Shown: piece by piece, positions 24,297-32,000 of the stretch | Layout of the letters: each line of letters opens with the position of its first letter | Numbering within the stretch: position 1 is the stretch's first letter | NCBI GenBank assembly: GCA_045568075.1 | Contig: JBJLBP010000001.1 | Location: 90,001-122,000 of the forward strand | Direction of reading: 5' to 3' | Length of the DNA: 32,000 bases | Source: Candidatus Thalassarchaeaceae archaeon | GTDB lineage: Archaea; Thermoplasmatota; Poseidoniia; Poseidoniales; Thalassarchaeaceae | Made by a program: the position numbers and the translations under genes | The notes under the pieces: model-generated | Database searches by the model: none | What the model was told of the DNA's origin: nothing | Seen by the model: only the letters and a program-made list of their open reading frames with translations

Positions 24297-25244
24297 ATGG
24301 CTGCGGTCGACTTTGAGGATGTTCGCGAGGCGGCGGCTCGCATCGATGGAATCGTCGCTTACACTCCTGTTCTGACATCGCCAGCACTCAACTCGATGGC
24401 TGGCCGGCGCCTCTTCTTCAAGTGCGAGAATTTGCAACATGTCGGCGCCTTCAAATTCCGCGGAGCAAGCAATGCAGTAGCGCTCCTCGGTGAGGAAGCC
24501 GAGCGCGGCATCTGCACACATTCGAGTGGGAATCACGCCCAAGCAGTAGCGCTCGCAGCCAAGCAGCGTGGCGTTTCTGCCTACATCGTGATGCCGGATA
24601 CTGCCCCCCGCGTCAAGATCGAGGGGGTTCGCAGCCATGGGGCTGAAATCACCTTCTGCGAGCCCACCCTAGAGGCCCGCGAAAGAACCGCAGCAGCGGT
24701 CATGGAAAGGACTGGAGCCGCCTTCGTCCATCCATTCGACGACCCGAGGGTCGTCGCTGGACAGGGCACCGCTGCCCTCGAGCTGATCAACGAGGTTGGA
24801 CCGCTCGATGCAATCATCGCACCCATCGGTGGCGGTGGCCTACTGTCAGGAACCTGCGTCACCACTCGCGCCCTGCTACCTGAGGCCCGAATTTTCGGGG
24901 CTGAGCCAACTGGAGCGGATGATGCGGCGCGCTCGCTCGCCGCGGGTCATCTCATCCCGCAGACCGGCCCAAACACCATCTGTGACGGTCTGCTGACTTC
25001 CCTCTCGGACTTGACATACGGAATTCTGTCCGAGCATCTCGAGGACATCATCACCGTCACGGACGAGGAAGTTCTCGCCGCGATGTCACTAATCAAAAAC
25101 CATCTAGACATCGTAGTTGAACCGTCATCAGCAACGGTTCTCGCCGCCGTGCTGAGTCCTGAATTTAGCGCACTGAGCGGCATCGACAGCCTAGGGCTAA
25201 TCCTATCTGGAGGAAATGTCGACCCAGAACAATTCCCAAATTGA
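24297..25244 (+). CDS. PLP-dependent serine/threonine dehydratase family protein (serine racemase/TdcB-like, no ACT domain)
   Basis: ORF 24186..25244; starts at ATG 24264 or 24297 avoid overlapping the divergent membrane gene. PLP lysine context ENLQHVGAFKFRGASNA; also SSGNHAQAVALAA and GGGGLLSG. Confidence 0.85.
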   Translation: MAAVDFEDVREAAARIDGIVAYTPVLTSPALNSMAGRRLFFKCENLQHVGAFKFRGASNAVALLGEEAERGICTHSSGNHAQAVALAAKQRGVSAYIVMPDTAPRVKIEGVRSHGAEITFCEPTLEARERTAAAVMERTGAAFVHPFDDPRVVAGQGTAALELINEVGPLDAIIAPIGGGGLLSGTCVTTRALLPEARIFGAEPTGADDAARSLAAGHLIPQTGPNTICDGLLTSLSDLTYGILSEHLEDIITVTDEEVLAAMSLIKNHLDIVVEPSSATVLAAVLSPEFSALSGIDSLGLILSGGNVDPEQFPN

Positions 25245-25280
25245 CTGCCTTGATGGCTATCGCAACACACCCCATTAGAT

Positions 25281-25354
25281 TGGAGCACAAGCCGGGATTT
25301 GCACCCGGGTCCACGGATCTGCAATCCGTTGCATAGCTACTCTGCCACTCGTGC
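25281..25354 (-). tRNA. tRNA-Cys (anticodon GCA), CCA encoded, atypical D- and T-loops
   Basis: Hand-folded reverse complement: GCACGAG-TG-GCAGAGTAGCTATGC-A-ACGGA-TTGCAGA-TCCGT-GGAC-CCGGG-TGCAAAT-CCCGG-CTTGTGC-T-CCA. It has a 7-bp acceptor stem with one G-U pair, a 5-bp anticodon stem, a 5-bp T stem and the U73 discriminator expected for Cys. The D-loop lacks GG and the T-loop reads UGC instead of UUC. Confidence 0.75.
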
Positions 25355-25495
25355 GACAGACGCCCGACCCCCGACCCCCTCTTGAAGAATCTTCTCAGTG
25401 ATGATGAGTGTCAGCGCCGAACCTCCACTTGTGAATGGAAGGAAGAGGGAGATTTCCGGTAGTATGTTCAAAGAGTAGATTCTCTAGGGCGTATT

Positions 25496-26347
25496 GTGGA
25501 AAAAGAGTGGTGGAAAAAGGACGACCCTCAGTGGCATGAGGAAAATCAGCAGGACCCACCATCCGAAGCCGACCTAGCGGAGCAACAACGCATCGTACAG
25601 GAGCGTTATCGTAAAGAACACTCAACAGGCAATGAAGAAGACAATGAAACAAACAACATGTTTCCAAAATCTATTGTTATTGTTGGTGTTGTTGTATTGG
25701 TAATAGGCGTCATGCTCATCGGTTTTGCAGCTGCATCTGTAGGTGATCTGGGGTCTGATGAAGAATGGATATCCGTAGACTCAAAGATTGATGCAAAATA
25801 CCCAGGATACAACGAGATTCGGGTTGAAGATTGCTACACTGACGATTGGGGTGATGAATACTGCGAATATTGGTACGAATTGGAGTGCTGGGTTGATTTG
25901 GACGTATCCTACATAGTGGAAAATACCACTTATCATGCTCAGTTCGACCAATATCATATCGAAAATTACGAAGACTACGATGGAGCCGAGGAGGATTGCT
26001 TAGAATATGGCCAGAATGGAACTATGATGGTGGGCACCAACTTTGAGATTTTTTACAACTCCAACGACCCAAGCGATGCACGCCTTGAACCTCCCATGAG
26101 CGGTGCTGCGATTTTGTTGATGTTTTGTGGAATTGGAGTTCTTTTTGGAATTCTAGCTTTGGTCGGCTTCCTTCGTGGGGATTGGGGAACGAGTGCTTCT
26201 AGTAGGGCAAGTACTGGAATTACGTTCAACATTGGTGGCCGTGGTTCTTTCATGGGAAGAGGAAGAAGACATCGGAAGGTAAGTCGTAAGTCACGAAGAG
26301 GTTCTAGAGGTCGGTCTGGTGGCGGCAGATCTGGCGGCGGTCGTTGA
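25496..26347 (+). CDS. Hypothetical membrane protein (TM - Cys/aromatic-rich ectodomain - TM, DUF3592-like topology) with Arg/Gly-rich C-terminal tail
   Basis: 283 aa (GTG start, uncertain). TM helices IVIVGVVVLVIGVMLIGFAAA and AAILLMFCGIGVLFGILALVGFL flank a roughly 140-aa acidic domain. The tail is GGRGSFMGRGRRHRKVSRKSRRGSRGRSGGGRSGGGR. GC is lower than in the neighbours. Confidence 0.6.
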   Translation: MEKEWWKKDDPQWHEENQQDPPSEADLAEQQRIVQERYRKEHSTGNEEDNETNNMFPKSIVIVGVVVLVIGVMLIGFAAASVGDLGSDEEWISVDSKIDAKYPGYNEIRVEDCYTDDWGDEYCEYWYELECWVDLDVSYIVENTTYHAQFDQYHIENYEDYDGAEEDCLEYGQNGTMMVGTNFEIFYNSNDPSDARLEPPMSGAAILLMFCGIGVLFGILALVGFLRGDWGTSASSRASTGITFNIGGRGSFMGRGRRHRKVSRKSRRGSRGRSGGGRSGGGR

Positions 26348-26395
26348 TTTCCCAGCCCTGAAATAACCGCATTTCAAATGAGGTGAGCCTTCCGT

Positions 26396-27280
26396 GTGCT
26401 CATGATGGAGCGCTTACAAGTTCAGTCTCGCTCCCCATTTGAGATTCATCACATACTGACTGGTTTGGAAAAAACACCTCAAACTACAATTGAGGCTGAA
26501 CTATTCCTTCCGGAAGGCGATGGACCGTTTGGGTGTGTAATTGCCCATCATGGAAGCAAAGGTTGGGCAACTCATCATCAAGACCACATCGATGGTTGGA
26601 TCAATGCTGGGCTGGCGGTTTGTAAGGTAAATTCATTCGCCGCAAGAGGGATTGATTCAACGGTTGACGACCAACTTTCGGTAACTCATGCAATGATGCT
26701 TGTTGATACCTTTAGCACGCGTTCTGTATTGGCTCAAGACCCTAGGATCAACAAGATTGGAATCGCAGGTTGGAGCCTCGGTGGAACTGTTGCTCTGTAC
26801 TCGGCATGGTCTCCTATTATCGAGATTCTAGGGTCTGCATTCGATGCTCATTTGCCATTCTATCCAGCAGCTCATATTCGACCCGATATCCAAAATTGGT
26901 CGGACTCACCAATTTTGATTCTTCATGGAGATGCTGACAATTGGACTCCTGTGCATCTGGTTGAAGAACTACTTCCTCAACTTCCGAATGCTACCTTACA
27001 TACATATCCTGATGCACACCATTCTTTCGACAGTGAAAAAGAACTGACACTTCTTCCAAAGGCGGTTCGCTTAAGGAAGCGAACTGCTAGAATAGACAAG
27101 AATGGATACATGTCTGGAGAATTATTACTTGGTATTCGATTGCCTCTGAACGAGCGCTGGCAGCGTAGATGGATTATCCGACTTTTGCGAAACAGAGGGG
27201 CCCATGTGGAAGGCAACCCCTCTGCTCGTGCTGATTCTCTAGATAGGGCTAGAGATTTCTTCGTAGAGCAACTTTCCTAG
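26396..27280 (+). CDS. Dienelactone hydrolase-family alpha/beta hydrolase
   Basis: 294 aa; GTG 26396 lies about 10 nt after AGGTGA. Nucleophile elbow GIAGWSLGG, ILILHGDADNWTP, DAHHSFD. Confidence 0.75.
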   Translation: MLMMERLQVQSRSPFEIHHILTGLEKTPQTTIEAELFLPEGDGPFGCVIAHHGSKGWATHHQDHIDGWINAGLAVCKVNSFAARGIDSTVDDQLSVTHAMMLVDTFSTRSVLAQDPRINKIGIAGWSLGGTVALYSAWSPIIEILGSAFDAHLPFYPAAHIRPDIQNWSDSPILILHGDADNWTPVHLVEELLPQLPNATLHTYPDAHHSFDSEKELTLLPKAVRLRKRTARIDKNGYMSGELLLGIRLPLNERWQRRWIIRLLRNRGAHVEGNPSARADSLDRARDFFVEQLS

Positions 27281-27291
27281 GATAATTGGAC

Positions 27292-27317
27292 TGCAAATTA
27301 ACTGGTGTAAATTTGCA
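27292..27317 (+). terminator. AT-rich hairpin TGCAAATT-n10-AATTTGCA just after the hydrolase stop
   Basis: Read directly: 8-bp perfect stem starting 12 nt after the stop at 27280, at the point where GC returns to the window norm. No oligo-T tract follows. Confidence 0.25.
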
Positions 27318-27350
27318 TATCTTGAAGACCGGCCTGCACTCAGTCGATGC

Positions 27351-28481
27351 ATGCCTAAGGTCTCGTCTCGCTACGATGGGTTGGGTGTGGGCTTCGCGCC
27401 TTACCTGCAACCCCCTGGTCCTGAGGTCGTCCGCTGGACTGTAGGTGAGCCGGGATTTGATACGCCGCGCGAGGTGATTGATGCGGCGATTTCCGAGCTT
27501 GAGGCTGGCAATACGAAGTACACGCGCGGGCCGGGTGCGATGGATCTGTGTCAGGCCGTAGCCGACTACATGGAGCGCCACCACGATGTCAAGGTGAGCG
27601 CAGAGGATGTGGTAATCACGCCGGGCGCTAAGCAAGCTTTGCTCTACTCATTCATGATCACTACAATGCCCGGCGATGAAGCCATCCTTCTGGCTCCATC
27701 GTGGGCCAGTTACGAGCCGATGCTCGAATTGATTGGAGCGGTGCCTGTCCACGTACCAGTCAAGAGAGAGGATTTTCATCCAGACCTCGATGCAATTCGA
27801 GCAGCAGTTACTGACAAGACTCGGATGATTTTGCTAAACTCGCCATGCAACCCGACGGGCGCTGTCTTTACTCCGGCTGAAATTCAAGCGATTGTCGACA
27901 TCGCAGTCGAACACGACCTGTGGATCGTCTCTGACGAAATCTATGCCCGCCTCAATTGGACCGATTACCCCCACGTCTCTCCAGCAGCGGTGCCCGGCGG
28001 AGCTGAGCGAACGCTCGTCGTCAATGGATGGTCGAAATCATGGGCGATGACTGGTATGCGCATCGGCTTCCTCACCGGCCCGCCCGATGCAATGAAAGCC
28101 GCAATCAAGTCTCAAGCGAATTCGGCTTCCCACATCCCAACATTCCTCATGGAAGCCGCGCGCGTCGCCCTATCGTGTGACGACGCAGTCGACCGATTCA
28201 ACACAGAATACCAGAAGCGAGGCGCGATCATGACCAAGGGTCTGTCTGAGATTCCTGGTCTGCGTCTAGGGGCGTGCGAAGGGGCATTCTACGTGTTCAT
28301 TGACGTCACCGGAACGGGCATGACCGATGTTGAATTTGCAGACGGGGCGCTGGCGGCTGGTGTACAGTTGATTCCGACGAGTCTAATCGCCGGCGGTGAA
28401 GGCTTTGTCAGAGTCTCATATGCGGCCGATGAAGAGGTAATTCAGGAAGGATTGCGCCGGCTCAAGGCTTGGCTTTGTTGA
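27351..28481 (+). CDS. Class I/II PLP-dependent aminotransferase (aspartate aminotransferase-like)
   Basis: 376 aa. Motifs LNSPCNPTG, SDEIYARL, and NGWSKSWAMTGMRIGF (the PLP lysine motif SKxxxxxGxRxG). Confidence 0.9.
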   Translation: MPKVSSRYDGLGVGFAPYLQPPGPEVVRWTVGEPGFDTPREVIDAAISELEAGNTKYTRGPGAMDLCQAVADYMERHHDVKVSAEDVVITPGAKQALLYSFMITTMPGDEAILLAPSWASYEPMLELIGAVPVHVPVKREDFHPDLDAIRAAVTDKTRMILLNSPCNPTGAVFTPAEIQAIVDIAVEHDLWIVSDEIYARLNWTDYPHVSPAAVPGGAERTLVVNGWSKSWAMTGMRIGFLTGPPDAMKAAIKSQANSASHIPTFLMEAARVALSCDDAVDRFNTEYQKRGAIMTKGLSEIPGLRLGACEGAFYVFIDVTGTGMTDVEFADGALAAGVQLIPTSLIAGGEGFVRVSYAADEEVIQEGLRRLKAWLC

Positions 28482-28529
28482 GAATCATTGAAATCGGAAC
28501 CAGCACCGAGCACTCCTGCTTGAGGTGGT

Positions 28530-28934
28530 ATGATGACTCGTTCGCACGGCAAGCACGTCTACGTCGACTACACCGGATACCACCGCAATGGGGTCCACGA
28601 TGGAGAGTGGATGCTGGAGTGTATGGTCGAGGCTGCGAACGCTGCGGGCGTGCGGATTGTGCATTCTCATGTCGAGGAATTCGACGGCAGCGTCTCACCG
28701 ACGGGCTTTGCTGCCGTCGTCCTTCTTGATGAAAGCCACATCAGTGCACATTGCTACTACAACAATGGCTGGCTAGCCATCGATTCATTCACTTGTGGCG
28801 GTAGTGATCCTGAGGTTGCTGCCGATGCACTGGATGAGGCTTTACGCGGCGCTATGGAAGGATTAGTTCAGATGCGCCGCGAAGTTGTTGAGAGATTTTT
28901 GCATACTGATCTCGAAGGCAGTGAGGAGGCTTGA
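28530..28934 (+). CDS. speH: S-adenosylmethionine decarboxylase proenzyme (class 1, SpeH type)
   Basis: 134 aa. The self-cleavage/pyruvoyl site context VVLLDESHISAHCY, followed by LAIDSFTCGG, matches the ESH...TCG pattern of archaeal/bacterial class 1 AdoMetDC. Confidence 0.85.
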   Translation: MMTRSHGKHVYVDYTGYHRNGVHDGEWMLECMVEAANAAGVRIVHSHVEEFDGSVSPTGFAAVVLLDESHISAHCYYNNGWLAIDSFTCGGSDPEVAADALDEALRGAMEGLVQMRREVVERFLHTDLEGSEEA

Positions 28935-28937
28935 CGT

Positions 28938-29888
28938 ATGGCGATTAGAGAGTTCATTCAACGCCACTATCATCACTTCAATGCCGGAGCGTTGGCCGAT
29001 TGCGCTGAGTCACTAAACGGCTTTCTCGACGGCGGTGGCCGAATGATGATTACACTCGCTGGAGCGATGTCGACTGCTGGAATCGGCCGATCATTGGCTC
29101 CGGCAATTCGCGCCCAGAAGGTGCATGCGATTTGTTGCACTGGCGCGAATCTCGAGGAGGACTTGTTCCGATTGGTTGCCTCCTCGTCTTACGAGAGAGT
29201 TCAGGATTGGCGAGACTGGAGCGCGGAGTCGGATGCTAGTTTGGCTGAGCGCGGGATGAATCGAGTGACTGATGTAGCGATTCCTGAGGAAGAGGCAATT
29301 CGCTACATCGAGAAGCCTCTGCTACAACTTTGGAAGGACGCGGAAGCTGCTGGCGACCGGCGTTTTCCCCACGAGTATCTCTACGACCTCTTACTTCACG
29401 GCGAACTTGAACTCGATTCCGACCCAAAGGATTCCTGGTTGATGGCAGCCGCGGACGCAAATCTACCGATCTTTGTCCCCGGCTGGGAGGATTCGACACT
29501 GGGTAATATTCTGGTGAGTCGTGTCATCGATTGTACAATTCAAAGTGCTGACATCGTCAAGAGTGGGTTGTTCGCAATGCAGTCACTGGCAGACTGGTAT
29601 CGTGAGGATGATTCACCCACTGGTATTCTGCAAGTTGGTGGTGGCATCGCAGGAGATTTCGCAATTTGTGTCGTCCCAATGCTACGCCAAGATGTTGGTC
29701 AAGATGTGCCACTGTGGGCCTGGTTCGGACAAATCTCTGAGTCGCGGCCGTCATACGGTGGGTATTCAGGCGCGCCTCCAAATGAGAAAATTAGTTGGGG
29801 TAAATTAGGAATTGAAACGCCGAGATTCGTGATTGAGTCGGACGCAACAATTGTTTTGCCGTTGATACTAGCATCGTTAGAAAACTAA
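28938..29888 (+). CDS. dhs: Deoxyhypusine synthase (or DHS-like aminobutyl transferase)
   Basis: 316 aa, starting 3 nt after the speH stop. Motifs ITLAGAMSTAGIG, AICCTGANLEEDLF, QVGGGIAGDF, and the catalytic-lysine context NEKISWGKL. Confidence 0.85.
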   Translation: MAIREFIQRHYHHFNAGALADCAESLNGFLDGGGRMMITLAGAMSTAGIGRSLAPAIRAQKVHAICCTGANLEEDLFRLVASSSYERVQDWRDWSAESDASLAERGMNRVTDVAIPEEEAIRYIEKPLLQLWKDAEAAGDRRFPHEYLYDLLLHGELELDSDPKDSWLMAAADANLPIFVPGWEDSTLGNILVSRVIDCTIQSADIVKSGLFAMQSLADWYREDDSPTGILQVGGGIAGDFAICVVPMLRQDVGQDVPLWAWFGQISESRPSYGGYSGAPPNEKISWGKLGIETPRFVIESDATIVLPLILASLEN

Positions 29889-30001
29889 CCTCATGAAAAC
29901 GACAGTATATATCTGACACCACGATGTCGATTCATGACCAAGAGAGCGAACAGACTATGGCAAAGGCTTGAGGAACAACTCGAGCAATTGGCAGCAATCT
30001 C

Positions 30002-30029
30002 ATTGAGTGAGTAAGATTACTCAATCAAT
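30002..30029. repeat. 13-bp inverted repeat (1 mismatch, 2-nt spacer) ATTGAGTGAGTAA-ga-TTACTCAATCAAT at the eno stop
   Basis: Read directly between convergent dhs and eno; the right arm touches the eno stop codon (30029..30031). It could be a bidirectional terminator hairpin or a protein-binding palindrome. Confidence 0.3.
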
Positions 30030-31270
30030 CAAAACAGATTCGCGTAAGTGCTACACTTCTCGCTTATTCTGAGTAGTTGATTGTACTTCGCTGTCCTGTC
30101 TGATCTTGCTGGAGCTCCTGTTTTAATTTGTCCAGCATCAGTTCCAACAGCAATGTCTGAGATGATTGAGTCTGCGGTTTCTCCTGAGCGATGGCTGATG
30201 ATTGTGCCAAGGCCGGCAGCCTTTGCCATCGCGATTACCTCGAGCGTCTCTGATACCGTTCCAATCTGATTGAGTTTGATGAGAATCGCATTCGAAGCGC
30301 CCATCGCAATACCTTGAGCGAACCGCTCGGGATTAGTCACATACAGATCGTCACCAACGACCTGAACCCTGTGTCCTTCACGCTGGGTGAATTCTACCCA
30401 AGAGTCCCAATCGTCCTCACCGAATGGGTCTTCGATCGAGACGATTGGATAATCATCGAGCCAAGCAGAGTATAGTCGTCCCAATTCGGAGCCACTCATC
30501 ACCCCGCCATCGATGTGGTAACCATCCTCATGGAGGAATTCTTGGCTCGCCACATCCAAAGCAATCGAGACCTGTTCGCCAGGAAGATAGCCAGCTCCTG
30601 AAATCGCATCTACAACAAAGCGCAGGCCCTCCTCATTTCGAGGTAGGTTAGGTGCAAAGCCTCCTTCGTCGCCAACTCCACCAAGTAATCCAGCATCTTT
30701 GAGCACGGCGCGCAGTGAGTGATAGATTTCCACGCCAGCACGCAGAGCCTCTGGGTAAGAATCGAAGCCGTGTGGTACAACCATGAATTCCTGCACATCA
30801 ACATTCGAATTTGCGTGAGCCCCGCCATTGAGGATATTCATCAACGGCACAGGTAGACTGGCCGAGCCATCGGAGAGGTGTTGCCAAATCTCGCCATCGC
30901 CGACTGTTGCCCTTAGACAAGCCATAGAGGCCCCGAGCATTGCATTAGCGCCGATGTCGCCCTTGTTTGGTGTAGAGTCGAGAGCTAGCATTGCGGCGTC
31001 GACTGCGCCTTGATCGCTAGCATCCATTCCGACTAGAGCATCAGCGATTCGCCCGTTGACATTTGCAACTGCTCCGTCGACGCCTTTGCCGGCCCAGCGG
31101 TCGCCACCATCGCGCAATTCGACAGCTTCGTGACGGCCAGTGCTAGCTCCAGAAGGAACCATTGCTCGGCCTAGTGTTCCGTCTTCGGTAACGCAGTCAA
31201 CCTCGACTGTTGGGTTACCACGAGAGTCGAGGACCATTCTTCCGTGGACGCGCGAGATGCGGGTGCCCAT
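30029..31270 (-). CDS. eno: Enolase (phosphopyruvate hydratase)
   Basis: ORF 30029..31300; the likely ATG is 31270 (MGTRISRVHGRMVLDSRGNPTVEVD). A TATA-like AATAATTT at 31309..31316 would place the transcription start between 31300 and 31270. Motifs SGETADS, IKLNQIGT, VSHRSGET-like. Confidence 0.95.
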   Translation of the reverse strand: MGTRISRVHGRMVLDSRGNPTVEVDCVTEDGTLGRAMVPSGASTGRHEAVELRDGGDRWAGKGVDGAVANVNGRIADALVGMDASDQGAVDAAMLALDSTPNKGDIGANAMLGASMACLRATVGDGEIWQHLSDGSASLPVPLMNILNGGAHANSNVDVQEFMVVPHGFDSYPEALRAGVEIYHSLRAVLKDAGLLGGVGDEGGFAPNLPRNEEGLRFVVDAISGAGYLPGEQVSIALDVASQEFLHEDGYHIDGGVMSGSELGRLYSAWLDDYPIVSIEDPFGEDDWDSWVEFTQREGHRVQVVGDDLYVTNPERFAQGIAMGASNAILIKLNQIGTVSETLEVIAMAKAAGLGTIISHRSGETADSIISDIAVGTDAGQIKTGAPARSDRTAKYNQLLRISEKCSTYANLF

Positions 31271-31300
31271 TGAACCGCCGACCGGCGGGTGCTTTCTCAA

Positions 31301-31404
31301 GATACCGCAATAATTTCACTACATAACTTGTCAAAGAAACCAGTTTAATCCAAAAATAATTTGTATATTACAAAACATTATAGTAAGATACCTATTCCGC
31401 TAGG
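31301..31404. promoter_or_regulatory. AT-rich divergent promoter region (eno / HTH gene) with several TATA-like elements
   Basis: One 60-nt line (31321..31380), counted by hand, has 13 G+C. TATA-like AATAATTT lies at 31309..31316. TATATTA (31364..31370) lies about 45 bp upstream of ATG 31414. Confidence 0.4.
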
Positions 31405-31413
31405 GTGAGCAAC

Positions 31414-31662
31414 ATGGCACTGGAAGCACCCCAACTTGCAAAATTGCTGAAGCTAAGAGCGGTTGGATGGTCTCAACAAGAGATTGCGGATGCGATTGGA
31501 ACTTCGCAACAAGTCGTCGCTTACCAGCTGAAGAAATTGAAGGAAGAATCTCTGAAGAAAGATCCGGAAGAGGTGTTCAGTACTGCCATAATGGGCGGGA
31601 TTGCAATCGGTGCTGGATTAGGTGCTGCTGCAATGATGTTTGCTCAACTATTGAAGAAGTGA
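31414..31662 (+). CDS. Small HTH protein with C-terminal transmembrane anchor
   Basis: ORF 31405..31662; ATG 31414 lies 7 nt after AGGGTGA. LRAVGWSQQEIADAIGTSQQVVAYQLKKLK is a helix-turn-helix of the sigma-r4/resolvase kind. The C-terminal AIMGGIAIGAGLGAAAMMFAQLL is a hydrophobic helix followed by KK. Confidence 0.55.
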   Translation: MALEAPQLAKLLKLRAVGWSQQEIADAIGTSQQVVAYQLKKLKEESLKKDPEEVFSTAIMGGIAIGAGLGAAAMMFAQLLKK

Positions 31663-31678
31663 TATTTGGAGGAATAAA

Positions 31679-31990
31679 ATGACGAACACGTATGAAGAAA
31701 TGAATCGAAGAATAGAGAATGGAGAGTTTGGCACACCGCCGGACCCGAATCTATTGCACCAAGCATGGGCCAACGAGCATGAGAGAGATATTGCGAATAG
31801 AGGGAGTAAGTCTGTTTACCATGGGGTTTGCTCTCTTTGGGAAGACAAAGGAAAGGTCCTGCTATCTGGGAGGACGCAGGAAGAAACCATAGTCCCGGCT
31901 GGTGTCAAAGTTCTGGTTTTAAGGAAGGATCCTGAGCCTGGAACGCGGCAACCTAACGCTAGTATTGTTTACGTTACTTACGAAGACTGA
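31679..31990 (+). CDS. Hypothetical protein
   Basis: 103-aa ORF with GGAGG 7 nt upstream of the ATG, 16 nt after the previous gene. Lower GC than the window norm. No family recognised. Confidence 0.5.
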   Translation: MTNTYEEMNRRIENGEFGTPPDPNLLHQAWANEHERDIANRGSKSVYHGVCSLWEDKGKVLLSGRTQEETIVPAGVKVLVLRKDPEPGTRQPNASIVYVTYED

Positions 31991-32000
31991 GTTATTCAGT

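Noticed and set aside
25398-25470. Perfect C-box-like GTGATGA (25398..25404), suggesting a C/D box sRNA
   Set aside because: No CTGA D box in the next 50-80 nt, no terminal stem, and the C'/D' candidates are poor.
27292-27317. Shared ATTTGCA between the hairpin at the islet edge and the tRNA-Cys T-loop region (25297..25303), as a possible att direct repeat
   Set aside because: Only 7 nt match and the motif is AT-rich, so a chance match is likely. The geometry also does not fit tRNA 3'-end integration.

Overview
This window reads as about 32 kb of an archaeal (euryarchaeal) chromosome, moderately GC-rich with an acidic proteome. A marine planktonic lineage such as Poseidoniales/MGII is a guess, not shown by the sequence. 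I support 32 protein-coding genes and one tRNA-Cys(GCA). One gene, an MptE/DUF115-like gene at the left edge, is missing from the ORF track because it runs off the window.

Archaeal hallmarks:
- primase large subunit PriL
- NreA with a C-terminal PIP box
- DUF373 membrane protein
- HTH_10 regulator
- phosphopantothenate synthetase
- deoxyhypusine synthase
- THEP1-type NTPase

Housekeeping genes: MetK, NadC, an IPMDH/ICDH-family dehydrogenase, GcvH, RNase HI, a Ser/Thr dehydratase, a class-I aminotransferase, SpeH and enolase.

I see no CRISPR array, rRNA, transposase, integrase or recognisable defence island.

Non-routine content:
1. A 1626-aa membrane-anchored mosaic surface protein. It has a vWA module, a periodic hhVW motif, and an array of about 10 Cys-containing Ca-binding (thrombospondin type-3-like) units.
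2. A two-gene operon: an acidic coiled-coil/winged-helix-like protein plus an orphan Eco57I-like N6-adenine methyltransferase, behind a 9-bp inverted repeat.
3. An adjacent bacterial-type metK plus ABC-F pair inside an archaeal context.
4. A roughly 2 kb low-GC islet beside a tRNA-Cys with an atypical D-loop/T-loop.
5. An AT-rich right end carrying small genes with Shine-Dalgarno-like leaders, including a tail-anchored HTH protein.

None of these can be shown to be a new biological system from sequence alone. They are leads with stated tests.
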